Source: Harriotta raleighana (Eukaryota). Taken from it: a stretch of 64,000 nt of DNA. Position numbers and translations under genes: made by a program. Below are positions 12,857-25,540 of the stretch, in pieces. Under the pieces are notes generated by a model, which saw only the letters and a list, made by a program, of their open reading frames with translations, was not told the DNA's origin and did no database searches. The stretch is taken from the NCBI GenBank assembly GCA_050575255.1, contig JBNZDD010013714.1:5053600-5117599 (forward strand). The letters are read 5' to 3'. How positions within the stretch are numbered: position 1 is the first letter of the stretch; every line of letters begins with the position of its first letter.

Positions 12857-15800
12857 TTAGAATGCATTTGCACTTTGCATACTGTTTTTGGGCAGAGCAT
12901 TCACTTATCCCCGGTATCGGTTTCTGTAATCAGGAGATGTAGAGGAAAAGATAGATTTCCTTGTTCTGGTTCAGACCCTTGCTCCATTTGCAAAAATGGG
13001 CAAAGTTCACCCCACCTATTGTGTTTGGGGAATCCTGTCTTTGGTAAAATTCGAACACATTTGGTTCTCATCAGTCGAAAGCCATCAGTTTTCAACTAGG
13101 AACTCGAGTTCCACTGGATTACAATCAGACTGTGGGATGGTGTGGGAATTGACAATGTCACACTCATTCAAAAAGAGGTGCGTTCCTGACAGGACTGAAG
13201 TGAGGCAGTGCAGAGGGAGCTTCATATTTAGCCATGGTGTTCCTAATGTGGGGGGGCACAATTTCGACACTTACAGATGGCTCGAATTTCCTCTCGTACC
13301 CAAAGCGAAGTAACCGATGGTGTATGCTTACAATAGGAAACAAGGGCATTTCAACAAAATTATTGAGGATTTAACATTCAAGAGAAACTTCTATCTCTGG
13401 GTGTCCAACTCATTTCACAGTACTGATCATAGCAAAAAAAAAGTCTCCAATAAAATGTGCAAACTGTCGAACGGCAGTGACATCTGTTTGTAACTGACCC
13501 TCCTGATCTCCCACATGGAGGAGATTCAGTAGTTGGAGGGGGCAGATAATAATAATAATAGTAATGAGAAATAATCAGATGAAAGACCTGAAAATAATAT
13601 TTGTCACTGAAATAATAATTACAATTTATAGAAAAATGTCTTAACAAGCAGAGACCAAGTACTGCCGTTCCAGCATTAATCCTTTCTTGATATCAGGACT
13701 GCTTTTCCATGTCCTTCCACTGCATGAACTGTCAACTAGAGAAAGCAAAGAATGAATACAATGAAGTTTAAAATCAGATTTAAGACAATGATAGAAGGAT
13801 TATAACATATACCAGTCAATAGCTGCTTTTTTTTTTAGCAACTGCACTATTGCAGTTCCAGGCACACATTGGATTAACCATGAAAGAAATTCCTCCAAAA
13901 CTTCAATAAAATCCTTCAATGTCAGTGGGAGACAAGTTGGACCCATTATTCACTTTAGTTTTTTTGGCAGCATGCAAATTTCTTTTGTATACTCATGATT
14001 TTAGGGGGAGGAAATGTCATAGGCACTTATGCAACAAGGAAGCTGATTGCTTTGCAAAGCGTTCACAGTTCCACAGAAGCAGCAGTCTGACTCCATCTAC
14101 ACGTGATCGCAAGCTACAGCTTGACATGCCTGTCTCACCAGGTCAGACTAATAGGCCTTAACCAAGCGATGCACCAGGTGGGAGCTAAACTAAGCAAAGT
14201 TTCATCTTTCTATTCATTCTCAAGTGCGTTTTACTTGGGGATTGTGACACCAGATCAAAGAACAAAACTCGTTTCTGCTCCTCAACTTGTTCCCACCACT
14301 TTGGAGTGTGGAATGCAACTCAGGCCCACAGCAACTCATTTAATACCCCTGGAGTTGTAATGAAATCTTGCTGCTGTTGAAAAAAAATGGCTTTTCCTGT
14401 CACTTAACAGCTTTTCCCTAAAGGCGTAGATGATACTCAAATCTGTTTGTCATGATGTGGAAACAGTTCAATTGATTGTTGTGAGCCTCCTTCAAACTGT
14501 TTATTCTTTATGTATAGGGCTGAGTGCCGGAAGCAAAAAAAACACAGATAGCAACAGAAGTGAAACAGAGGAGAGAAGGATGGGAAAAGGGGACAGATGG
14601 GTGACATCCAAGTTGATTTTTTCATCTCTTCTGGATAAAAGCTAATGCGTTATTCCAGTTTTGCTTTTTCCCAGTTGAAGTACTGGGGTACTGGTGATGA
14701 GAATGCCTAAAGTGAACAGAGGAGACTTTTTTTTTTAAATGATCCCAAGAAATACAGTGACCTTTCTCCGAGTATAAATATGTTTATGATTGTTTTCATA
14801 ATTTAGATTATTTTGTTTGAACTGAACTTGCCAACATCAGGTCTCAATATTTCTGCATGTATTTTTGTTTTGTTTTTTCTTCTGCAAATATTCAATGATA
14901 TGTGAAATCATCCATGAGAGATCAATGCATTTCATAGATGATCACGACAAAGAATAGATTCCATATCTATCCTATTTTATTTGCTGTGCTGGTTACATGT
15001 TAAAATCTGACCTGTGGCACAAAAAACAACTGTAAGGTTTATCAGAGTTCTAACTGATGTACATTTCTGTGTTGACACTGATTCTGCTAATAGCAGCGAG
15101 TCATTCAAAGATGAAACTAATGTACTTGAATTCCACACTGTTTGTTCAATAATAGGCAAGTGTTGTGTTGCATTAATGCTGCAGGTTGATGGGTTTAAGT
15201 CACTCTTCCCTCGTTTATGTGTCATTTGACCCTTGACTGGGCCCTTCAAGAGTGGATCAAGCTGCTTGTAAGACTTCATCATCAAACTTTACAACAGAGC
15301 CAGCTGGGCAAAAAGCTATGGAAAAGGATGGTATGTGCTTTAGGGCAATGAACATCGAAACCATAGATCTCTTGTGAGATAAGGGTTCCACAAGTTAATA
15401 CCCTGTTTATCAGGAACAATCGCAACACTTTCATCACTCTACATTGCCCTTTCTTCATGATAGAATCCAAATAATGTTTTACATTATATTCATCCATTAT
15501 GCCTCTTCTGGGTAACATGTTTTTTCAATCGCTCCCGACACACTTTTAGAGTTCTCTTTAGTCCCTACACTTATTTCTTCAGACAGAGGCATGAGAGTCT
15601 GGACTGCAGAAGCTCCACAGCTGAGATTAATTGTTCTCCATCACAGTGGCACTTCAGTAAGGAACAATATAAGGGAACTTGGAACTATTTTCCCCTCTTC
15701 CCTCCCCCTCTACACACAAGATACGGTACATCTTTCCCACCCCTCCCCCTTTCACCCGCAAAATGGAAACAGTTGGAAAAACCATTTGCACTGGGTGATG

Positions 15801-16054
15801 TGTCAGTATCTAAAAGGCGTTTATTAAACCACAACAAGACAAAACAAAAATGTTAAAAGATTTTTCTTTGCACATAGCGTTATTAGAACATGGGAAGGAA
15901 AACATTACTTATTCTTTTCACAATAGTAAAAATCTTTAACTGAATAATCTATTGATACAAGCTACTATCAGATGAAATCACAAAGTGGGCAAAAGGTAAA
16001 TATGTACTTTTAAGACATTTATTATAATTTATTTATTTTATGCCCAACATAAAA

Positions 16055-16518
16055 CTGGTCATTCACTACATGGCTGTTTAGGGGACATGTTTGTGTGCAA
16101 GTTGTATTTTGCATTACGATAAATCCTGTGAAGCATTTTGAGATGAAGCACTCATGGAGTCCTGTAGCTCAATGGTTGGATCACTTGCCTTCCAAGCGAG
16201 AGACCGGTGTTCAATTCCAGGCAAAGCTAAACCTTGGGCAAGTTTCCGTACTCCACATGCCTAATAATCCCTCAAAAAAAAGCAAGAACAAATAGTTTTT
16301 TCAATCCATGACTGTTTGTGGTACGAGGCTGTGCGCAATTGGCTGCCGTGTTTTGCCCACAAATATACAGTCAATTCATTTTACAGTATATTCTGTGAAG
16401 AAACCTCTAGAAGACGTGAATAGTGCTATATCAAATGCAAGGATTATTGTTGTTGTATTATTATGTCCTCCCAATGTGAAAAAGCACTGTATCAAATAGA
16501 AGGGTTATATTTATTATT
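16055..16518 (+). mobile_element. Old DeuSINE 3' part split by a younger SINE insertion
   Basis: Left part ends CTGTGAAGCATTTTGAGATG (16145); right part resumes ATGTCCTCCCAATGTGAAAAAGCACTGTATCAAA (from ~16463). Confidence 0.65.
16156..16463 (+). mobile_element. Full-length young tRNA-derived SINE
   Basis: A box TAGCTCAATGG, B box GTTCAATTCC, ACCTTGGGCAAGTTTCC segment, Deu 3' motif GCTGTGCGCAATTGGCTGCC, L2-like tail and (TAT/TGT)n end. Confidence 0.92.
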
Positions 16519-17174
16519 CTTAAGATATAGGTGCAACTAAAACAAAATGATAGTGTCCTAATTACTGGATGAGATCATGAACCAAAGAGCAAGTGAGTTG
16601 CATAACCGTTAATTTTAAAAAAACACCCAATTCAGAATGTTTTATCAGAAAGCTTCAGTCAACAGCTTCTTACTCCCAGGGGTAGGGTGAAGCAACTGTG
16701 TGAAGATGATACCAACGGGGATTTGATCGGATGACAGGAGGCACAAGTAAAAAAAAAAGTCATAATGGACATCATGAGGGTTCAATCCAAACAAAAATGA
16801 TAAATGGTTACCATCTGCTGACAGCTACCTCACATTACACAAATATACTGTTATTCAAAATCAAAATTTGTCATCTTTCCAAAATACTAGAGATTCACAT
16901 GAAAAGGTTTTCAGTACGGTTGTGCTGTTGCCTAGAGAAAAAAATCAAATTAAATAGTATTAACATCAGACATATTGTTTTCCCTTTCACAATGCCCGCA
17001 TTAAACTGTAATGTCTGTATTTTAGATTTATACAAAGGGCTGAATTTTGTTTCAAAATTCAGAGCAGAATTCTGGCCTAAGTGATGGTGGAAATGGATAG
17101 CAGACGGAAGCTTGTGCTAGCTACAGTACTGTACTGTGTTTGTTTTGTTATCCAGCCTGTGAATGTGCGATAGA

Positions 17175-17584
17175 CAATAAAAGCTCGTTTATCCAGGACC
17201 CTTGGGACCTGACCAGTGACGGTAAATTAAATATGCCGGATATTCAAGTGGCAAGTTTGCCGAAAATCATACACAAAAAAGTACTTATTTTAAAACATAC
17301 CATATTAAATAGTAAATAGACTAAATAGTAACAGAATATTCTATGGACACTTACCAATGAAGCATTCTAGTACATTCGGTAAAATGATCAGTAAAATAAC
17401 AATTCCAGCTTTTGTTAGGTTTAATAATTGCGCATGCACACGCATTGTATGCATGCGCAAAGTGAGCATACTCACACGTGTTCTGGATAGCTCCAGTATG
17501 AGATCCGTTTGCTGGAAGGGTGAATTGTATTGGGAGGGGTTGAGCAGTCCAGTTGGTGGGTGCTGGATAAACGAGCTTTTACTG
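17175..17584. mobile_element. Non-autonomous DNA transposon (MITE), Tigger/pogo-like
   Basis: 22-bp terminal inverted repeats CAATAAAAGCTCGTTTATCCAG / CTGGATAAACGAGCTTTTACTG (1 mismatch); CAGT terminus; related to 33584-34272. Confidence 0.8.
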
Positions 17585-19982
17585 TTTCCTGAAGCAAAAC
17601 AAAGAACAGAAAAGGTGAACATTTGGAAACTGAAAAATATAGTTAAGACAGAAATAGCATGCTTACTGGAAATCATTTTAACTAAATACCTTTACAGAGT
17701 AGAATGCATACACACTTCTCCCTTGTACAATTTTTGGTACAGGCCATCAAAACATACACATTCTCAATAGTTTGTCCCTTGCATAAACCAGAAGTACTGT
17801 GTATGTTATATCAGTTTTCATTCTACAATTCACATGATCGTTTACCACAGGATAGAGAATGTGTACATGAACTCTAATGCTGACTTTGAAATCAACAAAG
17901 TGTTACAAACAATCAAAGTAACTCTGAAAAGCAACACCTCCCAAATAAGCTTCTTATTCAATTTCACTCCTGTTTTCTTTGAGATCTTGCAATGTGACAA
18001 CACGCATCAGTGTCAGCCTCAGGGCCCTGCTGGCAACACCTTGAGAACTATGCAGAGGTACAGAAAATAAACAACTCTGGATGCGATTTCAGTGATAAAA
18101 TACCAGTGTCAAGAGCGTCTCTTGGGATCTATAATCTGGAGCTGTCACGTGATAAGGCTTGTATGCCTTCCAGACAGAGAGATGGCATTTTCCCCCATGG
18201 GTTCTGTGGAGGAAGAAAGTAGGGGAAGAGAGAAACAAGCAGCCCTTCTTATAATTAAACTAACTATGTTCCTTGAGGCCTGCACAGTGGCATTATAGGA
18301 ACCATGTGCCTGCTTGTCACACCAGCCAAACTCATATTAGCTGGCTGGATCAGAATGAAATTTTCAGAATTTACACGTTGAAAGTTTCCACAGTGAGCCC
18401 TCACACTTTGTAACACTTAAACTCGTATAAAATCAACTCTGTTGTTGGAAACAAACTTGATTAAAGAATTGGTTTCTTCTGACCTTTTTTTCTAATTGGA
18501 TTTAACAAAAAATATGGCAGCTCTGTTTCCAGCCAGCCTCAAGATGAATACATTTCCAAGTGGATTAGAGACAACTCCCTACTTGTGACTGTGGATTACC
18601 AGAGATGCTGGTTGCAAAATTAGGATTTCTTTGTGTATTTAATATGTACCCAGACTGAAGCATTTTCTTTCCGAACATAAGGGACAATATCCTTTTGTTG
18701 GCATATAAAGGCTGCATTTTTTTAAAATTACCATGTGCGTGCCATTCTCTTTCATAACCCAAGTCTTGTAACCGAAGAAGCAAACAGTGGAACTGGAGAA
18801 ATCATCTGCTGTGCTTATTTGGGTCCAAATGTTAGGAGCCAGATTAAATGGGGAACACAAACAAATACCACTGTGTGTGAATACTAGGGAGATACTTGGA
18901 GCAGGTCCCGGTATGGGAGGTTTGGCTTCTTGAAAGAGCCACTGCCTAAAAGACTCAAGACAGAAATCATCCCAGGGCTGGAGAGAAGAATGTAAATTGT
19001 TCACGTCAGTGCAAATTCATAATTTGATGGCATGCAATTATAAACTGAAACTCTTGGAATGTTTTCATGGTTGTAACTATCCCAATAAAGATCAGATTTA
19101 CATTGAGTAGCCAGAAAAAGTAATAACGGATCCCAAAAATAACATTGTCCTGATGTGCTTTAATTGGTTTTGGTGCTGGTGTAATGAAGAAAACTGTCCT
19201 TTTCCAATAATTTGCTCCCAAAATCTACCAAACCAAGAGTGCTAGAAGGCCTATAAAGACTTGCATCAATGGCTCGATGTGTTTCAACTTGTAAACAACC
19301 CTAAAACGTACTAATATTGCCATAACAAAGCATCAAGTATAGACACCAGGGTAGCTTGATCACTCTAATATTAACTCTAACCCACTAAATACATTTCTAA
19401 AATACTATTGAGTACAACTGAAATATAAATACATTTGGTGGAATCCTGTAGCCAGAGCATTTGCCTCTCAAGAAATGGATGTTAAACTGCTCCAGGAGAG
19501 TAAGGAAGGAGGATTGGAAAGAAAAACCAAGACATTCTGCAACAATTCATGAAATCTGGTGCTGTTTTTCGAGGGCCTTGAAATTGTGCAGTGCTGCACT
19601 GTAAAAAGCAAGCGCTTGAAACATACAGCTTGTTAACATCAACTTTACCCACAACAAGCACAGTTGACAACACAGATACAATAGATGAAATTCCTCTGTG
19701 TGGCTTTAGAGAAGTCCTTTAAAACACAACTGGGCTTTCCTGACATTGTTTGACTTGTCGGGACGGAACATGTTGCCCAAATCCACCCGATGGCAGTACA
19801 GCATCCAACTTATATGGCACAGAAGGCTATTGATGTTTATCTCCAGTAAGTGGGTACAGAATGCATTTTCATTTTGTTGTAAGATAATGCTTTGATTGAA
19901 ACCGATTTTTCTGTGAGAAGCCAGCTGTTTTCTTTTTTAAAATTACACTTCCCGCATTGTCAGTTGTTTTCGCTGCAAGCCC

Positions 19983-20301
19983 ATAATAATAATAATTCTT
20001 GCATTTGATTTGGCATGTTTCACATCTTCTAGACATCTCAAAGCACTTTACAGAATAGTCTAAAGTGAATTGCCTATATAAATCTATGGGCGAAACGCAG
20101 CAGCCAATTGCGAACAGCAGTGTCCCACAAGCAGCCATAAATTGAAATGACTGATTTATTATTGTTTTATTTGAGGGATTATTATTAGCCGTGTGGAGTA
20201 AGGAAACTTGCCCAAGGTTTCACCCTGCCTGGAAATGAACCCAGGTCTCCTGCTTGTTAGGCGAGTGGTTGGTGTAGCTAGCCACTGAGCTACAGGACTC
20301 C
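19983..20301 (-). mobile_element. Full-length young tRNA-derived SINE
   Basis: Reverse complement of the 16156 family, from the (TAA)n tail to CCACTGAGCTACAGGACTCC. Confidence 0.92.
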
Positions 20302-20572
20302 ACACCTAGGATTTTCAATTTAAAATAAAAGGCTGTGGACTGCCACGCATTGGCGGTAACGGCAAGCTGTTACCATAGCAGCTCCCACAGCACTCCGGGG
20401 CACCAAGATCATAGCTCCTCTGAACTGGACATACCACACAATGTGCAAAGACCACTTAAAGAAATTTGCAATGAACAAGTCGCCAATCATGTTCTGGTAG
20501 CCAGCATGTGCACCTACATTGATGGCTTCATCTTCAATGCCCAGACAGTAGCTGATAACATGCCACAACCTT

Positions 20573-20845
20573 CATCCTTCAGATGAGATGCTAAACCTAC
20601 GACCTGTCTGCTTGCTCAGGTGATTGTTAAAGATCCTATGCCGCTATCTGAAAAGAGATGGAAGTTTCTCTCATATTAAAATTGGGCATTCACTTAATAG
20701 CTGTTTTTATGAGAAATTGTTGTGTGCAAATTGACTGACACACTTGCTTACAAATATAGTCACTACATGCCACAATAAAATCCTGTGAAGCATTTGAGGT
20801 GTTTAGACAATGTTATTACAGTATATTAAATGCAAGTATTATTAC
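20573..20845 (+). mobile_element. Old DeuSINE (Deu domain plus tail)
   Basis: CAGATGAGATGCTAAACC...CTCAGGTG...TAAAGATCCTATG...GTGTGCAAATTGACTG...AAATGCAAGTATTATTAC. Confidence 0.75.
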
Positions 20846-22458
20846 TGTTATGATTATAACGTTTACAAGCAAGTTGACTGTATAATTGCACATAGCATTC
20901 CAAATGTTTTTTAGCACAGTATTTTTTAATAGCAGTGTGTAGCTGCTATCTCACCTGAGAAGCAATTTAATGACATTAGGTTGAAGTCCTGGAGACCATG
21001 TACAGCTTGACCACATTTCCCAAGCAGGGTATGGCAGAGGCACATAACTGTTACAACATGGCTTATAGTCCATGTTATGGGAGTAATGACTGCAAAAATT
21101 AAAGGGTGCTGTAGAAATCGAAACGTACACTTTGGAGGGATGTAGATGCATTTTTAATGCATCAGTGCAATTTCATGAAAATTTTTATATTACTCATCAG
21201 GTTTGGCGTCTGTTAAGAAAAATGACCAATTCCAGTCAATAACTGAAGACTGACTGCACTTATAGACACTGACCACGAAGACAACTTGGATTGTGGCACT
21301 GAAAAGCAATGTTAACTCAGTTTCCTCACACATCACACTTTTCACCCACCATGATATGATAAACAGCAATTTGCTTTAAAAATCATCAATGTTTGCTGGA
21401 TACTTACAGTGAATATTATCCCAAATAAGCCAGCTCTGAGCAAACTTACGATAGAAAGCAAGCAAGTAACCAGTGAGGGGTTAATACACTTTAATTCTTC
21501 TCACAAAATGGCTAAAGTTGACACAAAAGCTTTGACTGGTAATGTAACTTAAGGAGTGTTTTAATATTACATCTCTACCAATTATGCTGCCCCAGTACAC
21601 TAATTTTACCTTCAGGACTCTCAGATTCAGCTTGTATACCAAGAACAATAGAATACTTTGAGAACCAGAAGATATGAATACCAAATGAAAGGTTAAGGGA
21701 TCACTTTACCCATTCAGGAGCCAGTAACTTGGCACAGCCGTACTGTAATAGTTCCAAAACAAAACACTGCTGCCAACAGGCCAAGAGCTAGACAGGGAAC
21801 AGATGATGAGTCTACTCTTCCATTTTCCATGTGGACGGATGCCATGAAATGGGTATTACCAGACATGATATTATAAAACAAAATATGTGTCAACCTCACT
21901 CAGGAATACAGTAAGCTGCTGTTTATTAAGTGTGTGGTAACTTGACTACAGCAATTGAATGATGATTTCAGAGTTCACTGCTCATAAAAGCCTACATTGC
22001 TTAGGGTCTGCACTTTCTATTTTTTAAGATGTGGCTGACTGGACCCGAGATAATGTCAGCTTGGAACACGTGCTGGGAAACCTGTCAATCAAGAATAGCT
22101 ATTTTTGTCACTTGTTTATTTAGCGAAGGTCCTGTCACCCAAACACTGTGAGGTGGAGTTGTATACTTCTACTATTAATAACCCACTTCATTAATAATAA
22201 GTGAATAAAGATTGCTCAAAGATAGTGTATGTGACACTTCAACCATGATGATGCGGTACCTTTATTATGTGTCCATATCCATTCCCAGAGTTCATGAATA
22301 CAAGAAACATCAAGCTTTAGATCAGCTTTGGTGCTTATTAATATGTGCATTCATGATACAATACTGAGAATCTGACTTCAGTTGCTGCATGATTTTTTTG
22401 CTCACTTATTACTGTTTCCTCTCCCCTCTAATATTTTGAGCTAACATAGATGCATAGC

Positions 22459-22757
22459 CACCTCTGGTGGGGGAATCAAGAACAAGGGGGCATAATCTGA
22501 AAATTAGACATAGGCCATTCAAGAGTGAAATTAGGAGGTAGTTTTTCACCCAAATGGTAGTGGAAATCTGGAACTCTCACTCCCAAAAGAATATGGATGC
22601 TGGATCCATTCACATTTTCAAGACAGAGGTAGATAGATATTTGTTAGGTCAAGGTATTAAGGGATATGGAGCAAGGCCGTGCAGATTTCAGCTATGATCT
22701 TATAAAATGGCGGAAGAGGCTCGAGCGGATGGGTAGCCTACTCCTGTTTCTAGGTTT
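22459..22757 (+). mobile_element. CR1 LINE 3' fragment (older subfamily)
   Basis: Encodes degenerate ESRTRGHNLKI...FFTQMVVEIWNS motif; 3' UTR ending GCCTACTCCTGTTTCTAGG. Confidence 0.85.
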
Positions 22758-23425
22758 CAATAACAGCAAGGTATCAAATACAAACATAATTTTTTTTCTC
22801 TCAAAATAACTGACACTCTACTAATATGCCACTCAAAGCTGATGAGTGCTGCATCATGAGACCACTGGGAATCAGCTCGACCCAATGTGATCAGCAGCTC
22901 ACCAGGGAATGGATGATCCCCTTGTAACTTATCTCCATGAGAAACTGGACGATACTCACCACTACCATTCAGGGTCAAACATTTCTACTAGGTGCGCCCA
23001 GACTTAGAGCCAACAATCATAAACATTTCCATACGCACTTATCTTTATTGTTCTTACTTCAAAAGCAGGTTAAACTCTCCTGGTGCATGTCATTGGGCTG
23101 TAAAGCCACCACAGAAACAATGGGCATTTACAATGGCAGAAACATATTGGTGCAAGCAGGTCACCATTTTTAAAGGACTTGATAAACCTGGGTTAAAATT
23201 ATCTATATTTTATCATCTCGTAGAAATATCGTAGAATATTGTAGAAATGTAAAACTAACTGGAATTGAAGCAATTCAGTCCGCACATTCTTTTTTTTTCC
23301 AGGGTGGGGGAGGGTTGTGGTGCTGGGTGCTTGGTGTCCAACACATACAGAATCATATTACCATGGTGAAGAGTATAAAAACCACACCGAGCATGTTACC
23401 TAAACATGGAAATTTCTGGAAATTT

Positions 23426-23511
23426 GGAATGCACACACTTTCCCTCCCACCCAGGGGTGCATCTTGGAAAGGAATGCACACACTTTCCCTCTCCCCCAGG
23501 CGTGCATCCTG
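23426..23511. repeat. 45-bp tandem duplication (about 2 units)
   Basis: GGAATGCACACACTTTCCCTC...CCCAGG.GTGCATC.TG at 23426 and 23471. Confidence 0.85.
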
Positions 23512-24512
23512 CTCACCTAATTCCAGAGAGTATTAAGTGGAGTCGGTTGCCAAGGGCCGAGACATGAGGACTCCAGAGTGCATTGGAATACTGCTGGAGT
23601 TTAACCAGCTAACTCTAGATAGCTTACCGTGTACAGCACTGTCTGGTGAGCTTCCCTCTGTTTATCCAACTAGGGCCACCTTATCCATTAGGGATTTGCC
23701 TTCACAGGGTTAATAGGAACTGAATGGGAAGAACCAAGGAATGGTTTGCTCCTTCAATTCCTGTGGATGAGTCAGCTGGCTAACATGATAACATGTACAG
23801 TTATAGTCTTCCCCTGTTTGACGTTTACTGGTTCACCTAATTTTATTGGATCCTAGACTTTCGGCATCAATGTGAATGTTTGCCACTCTATACGGCTAAA
23901 AATGTCAGTGCGTTAACAGTGAATGAGCAATGTGCAAACAGTTTGCAAACAATATACTGTAGATAGTATTCTATTTTTAGAACTTTGAGCTTTGCTTTTG
24001 TAAGGTATATAAAGATAAGTTACTGGCTCGTAGGCAATGGCAGTAAAGTTTGTTTAAACCTTTGTAAACATGACCAAGCAAATTCATGCATGTGAAATGT
24101 AGCCCCCCATTGGGAGCTTGTGGTGCAAAGACTTGCGAAGTAATGAAATGCTAATCAATCACAGACGGTCAGTTTAAAAGAAAAAAAATCTGCCTCTTCC
24201 CATCGTAAAGTTGAATATCTATTGTTCTTCAAAAATAAACAGTATTCCCATAATTGTGGTGTCCCAGGAAATATAACGTGATGGAATCATGTTGCAATTT
24301 CAAGACATGCTGATTTAATGCCTAGTTAATTTATGTGGGCAAAAGAGGGGGAGTCTTAAAAGTAAGGTAGTGGAGGTCGAGAGCAAACACTAATTCTCAG
24401 ACTACACTACAGTGACGTTCTCTGGTCTCTGCTCCCATGATTTTGGTGCAGTTTCACCTTACCTCAGGAGATGAAAGAGTATATCTATGAAAAGCAAAAT
24501 ATCCAATCACAT

Positions 24513-24903
24513 ATAATAATAATCCTTGCATTTGATTGAATGCTTTTTACGTCTTCTAGACTTCTCAAAGCACCTCTATACTGTAATATACTGTAAAGTG
24601 AATTGACTCTATATTTGTGGGTGAAATGCAGCAGCCAATTGGGCACAACAGTGTCCCACAAACAGTCATGGAATGAAATGACCAATTTATCATTGGTTTT
24701 TTTCTTGAGGAAATATTATCACACGCATGGAGTAAGGGAACTTGCCCAAACTGCCTGTAATCGAACCCAGGTCTCTCATTTGCGAGGCTAGAACTCTAAT
24801 AACAACACCAACAAAATTACATTTATAAAGTGCCTTTCACGTCGGGAGGACGTCCCAAGGTGCTGAACAACCAGGTCAGATAACCACTGAGTTACAAGAC
24901 TCC
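24513..24903 (-). mobile_element. Young tRNA-derived SINE interrupted in its tRNA head
   Basis: Family sequence runs to ...ACTCTAA (24799) and resumes TAACCACTGAGTTACAAGACTCC (24881-24903). Confidence 0.9.
24800..24880 (-). mobile_element. L2 3' tail nested in the SINE head
   Basis: AACAACACCAACAAAATTACATTTATAAAGTGCCTTTCACGTCGGGAGGACGTCCCAAGGTGCTG; TAA on both flanks. Confidence 0.85.
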
Positions 24904-25250
24904 ATGATGATATCACTGCATATATGAGCAGCCCATATAATATACTGGGAATGTTACTCCTTCAGTACTTGGCAGTGACCTTTTCAAAGCTATGAGTGAT
25001 ATAAATTCCCTTTATGCGGAAACTGTAGCTGGCCGCAGTGGTGAATTTAGGCGGTGTAGTTTCGATGTGTGTGCTTGATGGCAGGCCCGCCCATGGATCA
25101 CTTTGTTGAAAGATAAACCAGGAGTCATCTTCAAGCTTATATCCAAAGTGGACGCTAACAGTTTGCACAGGATCTGAAAGTGAAATATCAATTCTGAACT
25201 GCAATGGACACACAACCTCTTCATTCCTAATAATCCCTCCAATAATAATA

Positions 25251-25456
25251 CTAATAATAATCCTTCCCAAAAAACCAAAATAATAAAATTGGTCATTTCA
25301 ATCCACGAGTGTTTTTTTGGGACACTGCTGTGCACAATTGGCTGCTGCGTTATGCCCACAAATATACGGTCAATTCACATTACAGTATATTCTGTGAAGT
25401 GCTTTGAGATGTCTATAATACGTGAAAAGCACTATATCAAATGCAAGGATAATTAT
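25251..25456 (+). mobile_element. 5'-truncated young SINE
   Basis: TAATAATCC...GCTGTGCACAATTGGCTGC...GCTTTGAGATGTCTATAATACGTGAAAAGCACTATATCAAATGCAAGG. Confidence 0.88.
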
Positions 25457-25540
25457 CAATCAATCAATCAATCAATCAAAATTACATTTATAGAGCGCCT
25501 TTCACGTCGGGAGGACGTCCCAAGGCACTGAACTGTCAGG
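25457..25540 (-). mobile_element. L2 3' tail with (TTGA)n end inserted tail-to-tail into SINE, 7-bp TSD
   Basis: (CAAT)n then AAATTACATTTATAGAGCGCCTTTCACGTCGGGAGGACGTCCCAAGG; TAATTAT at 25450-25456 and 25541-25547. Confidence 0.85.

Noticed and set aside
16156-16230. tRNA gene (also the heads near 20230, 28510 and 59100)
   Set aside because: A and B boxes are present but continue directly into the SINE body with no T-run terminator, and copies are diverged; these are SINE heads
20335-20586. 83-aa ORF in a GC-richer patch
   Set aside because: No recognisable homology or clear splice signals; runs into a DeuSINE
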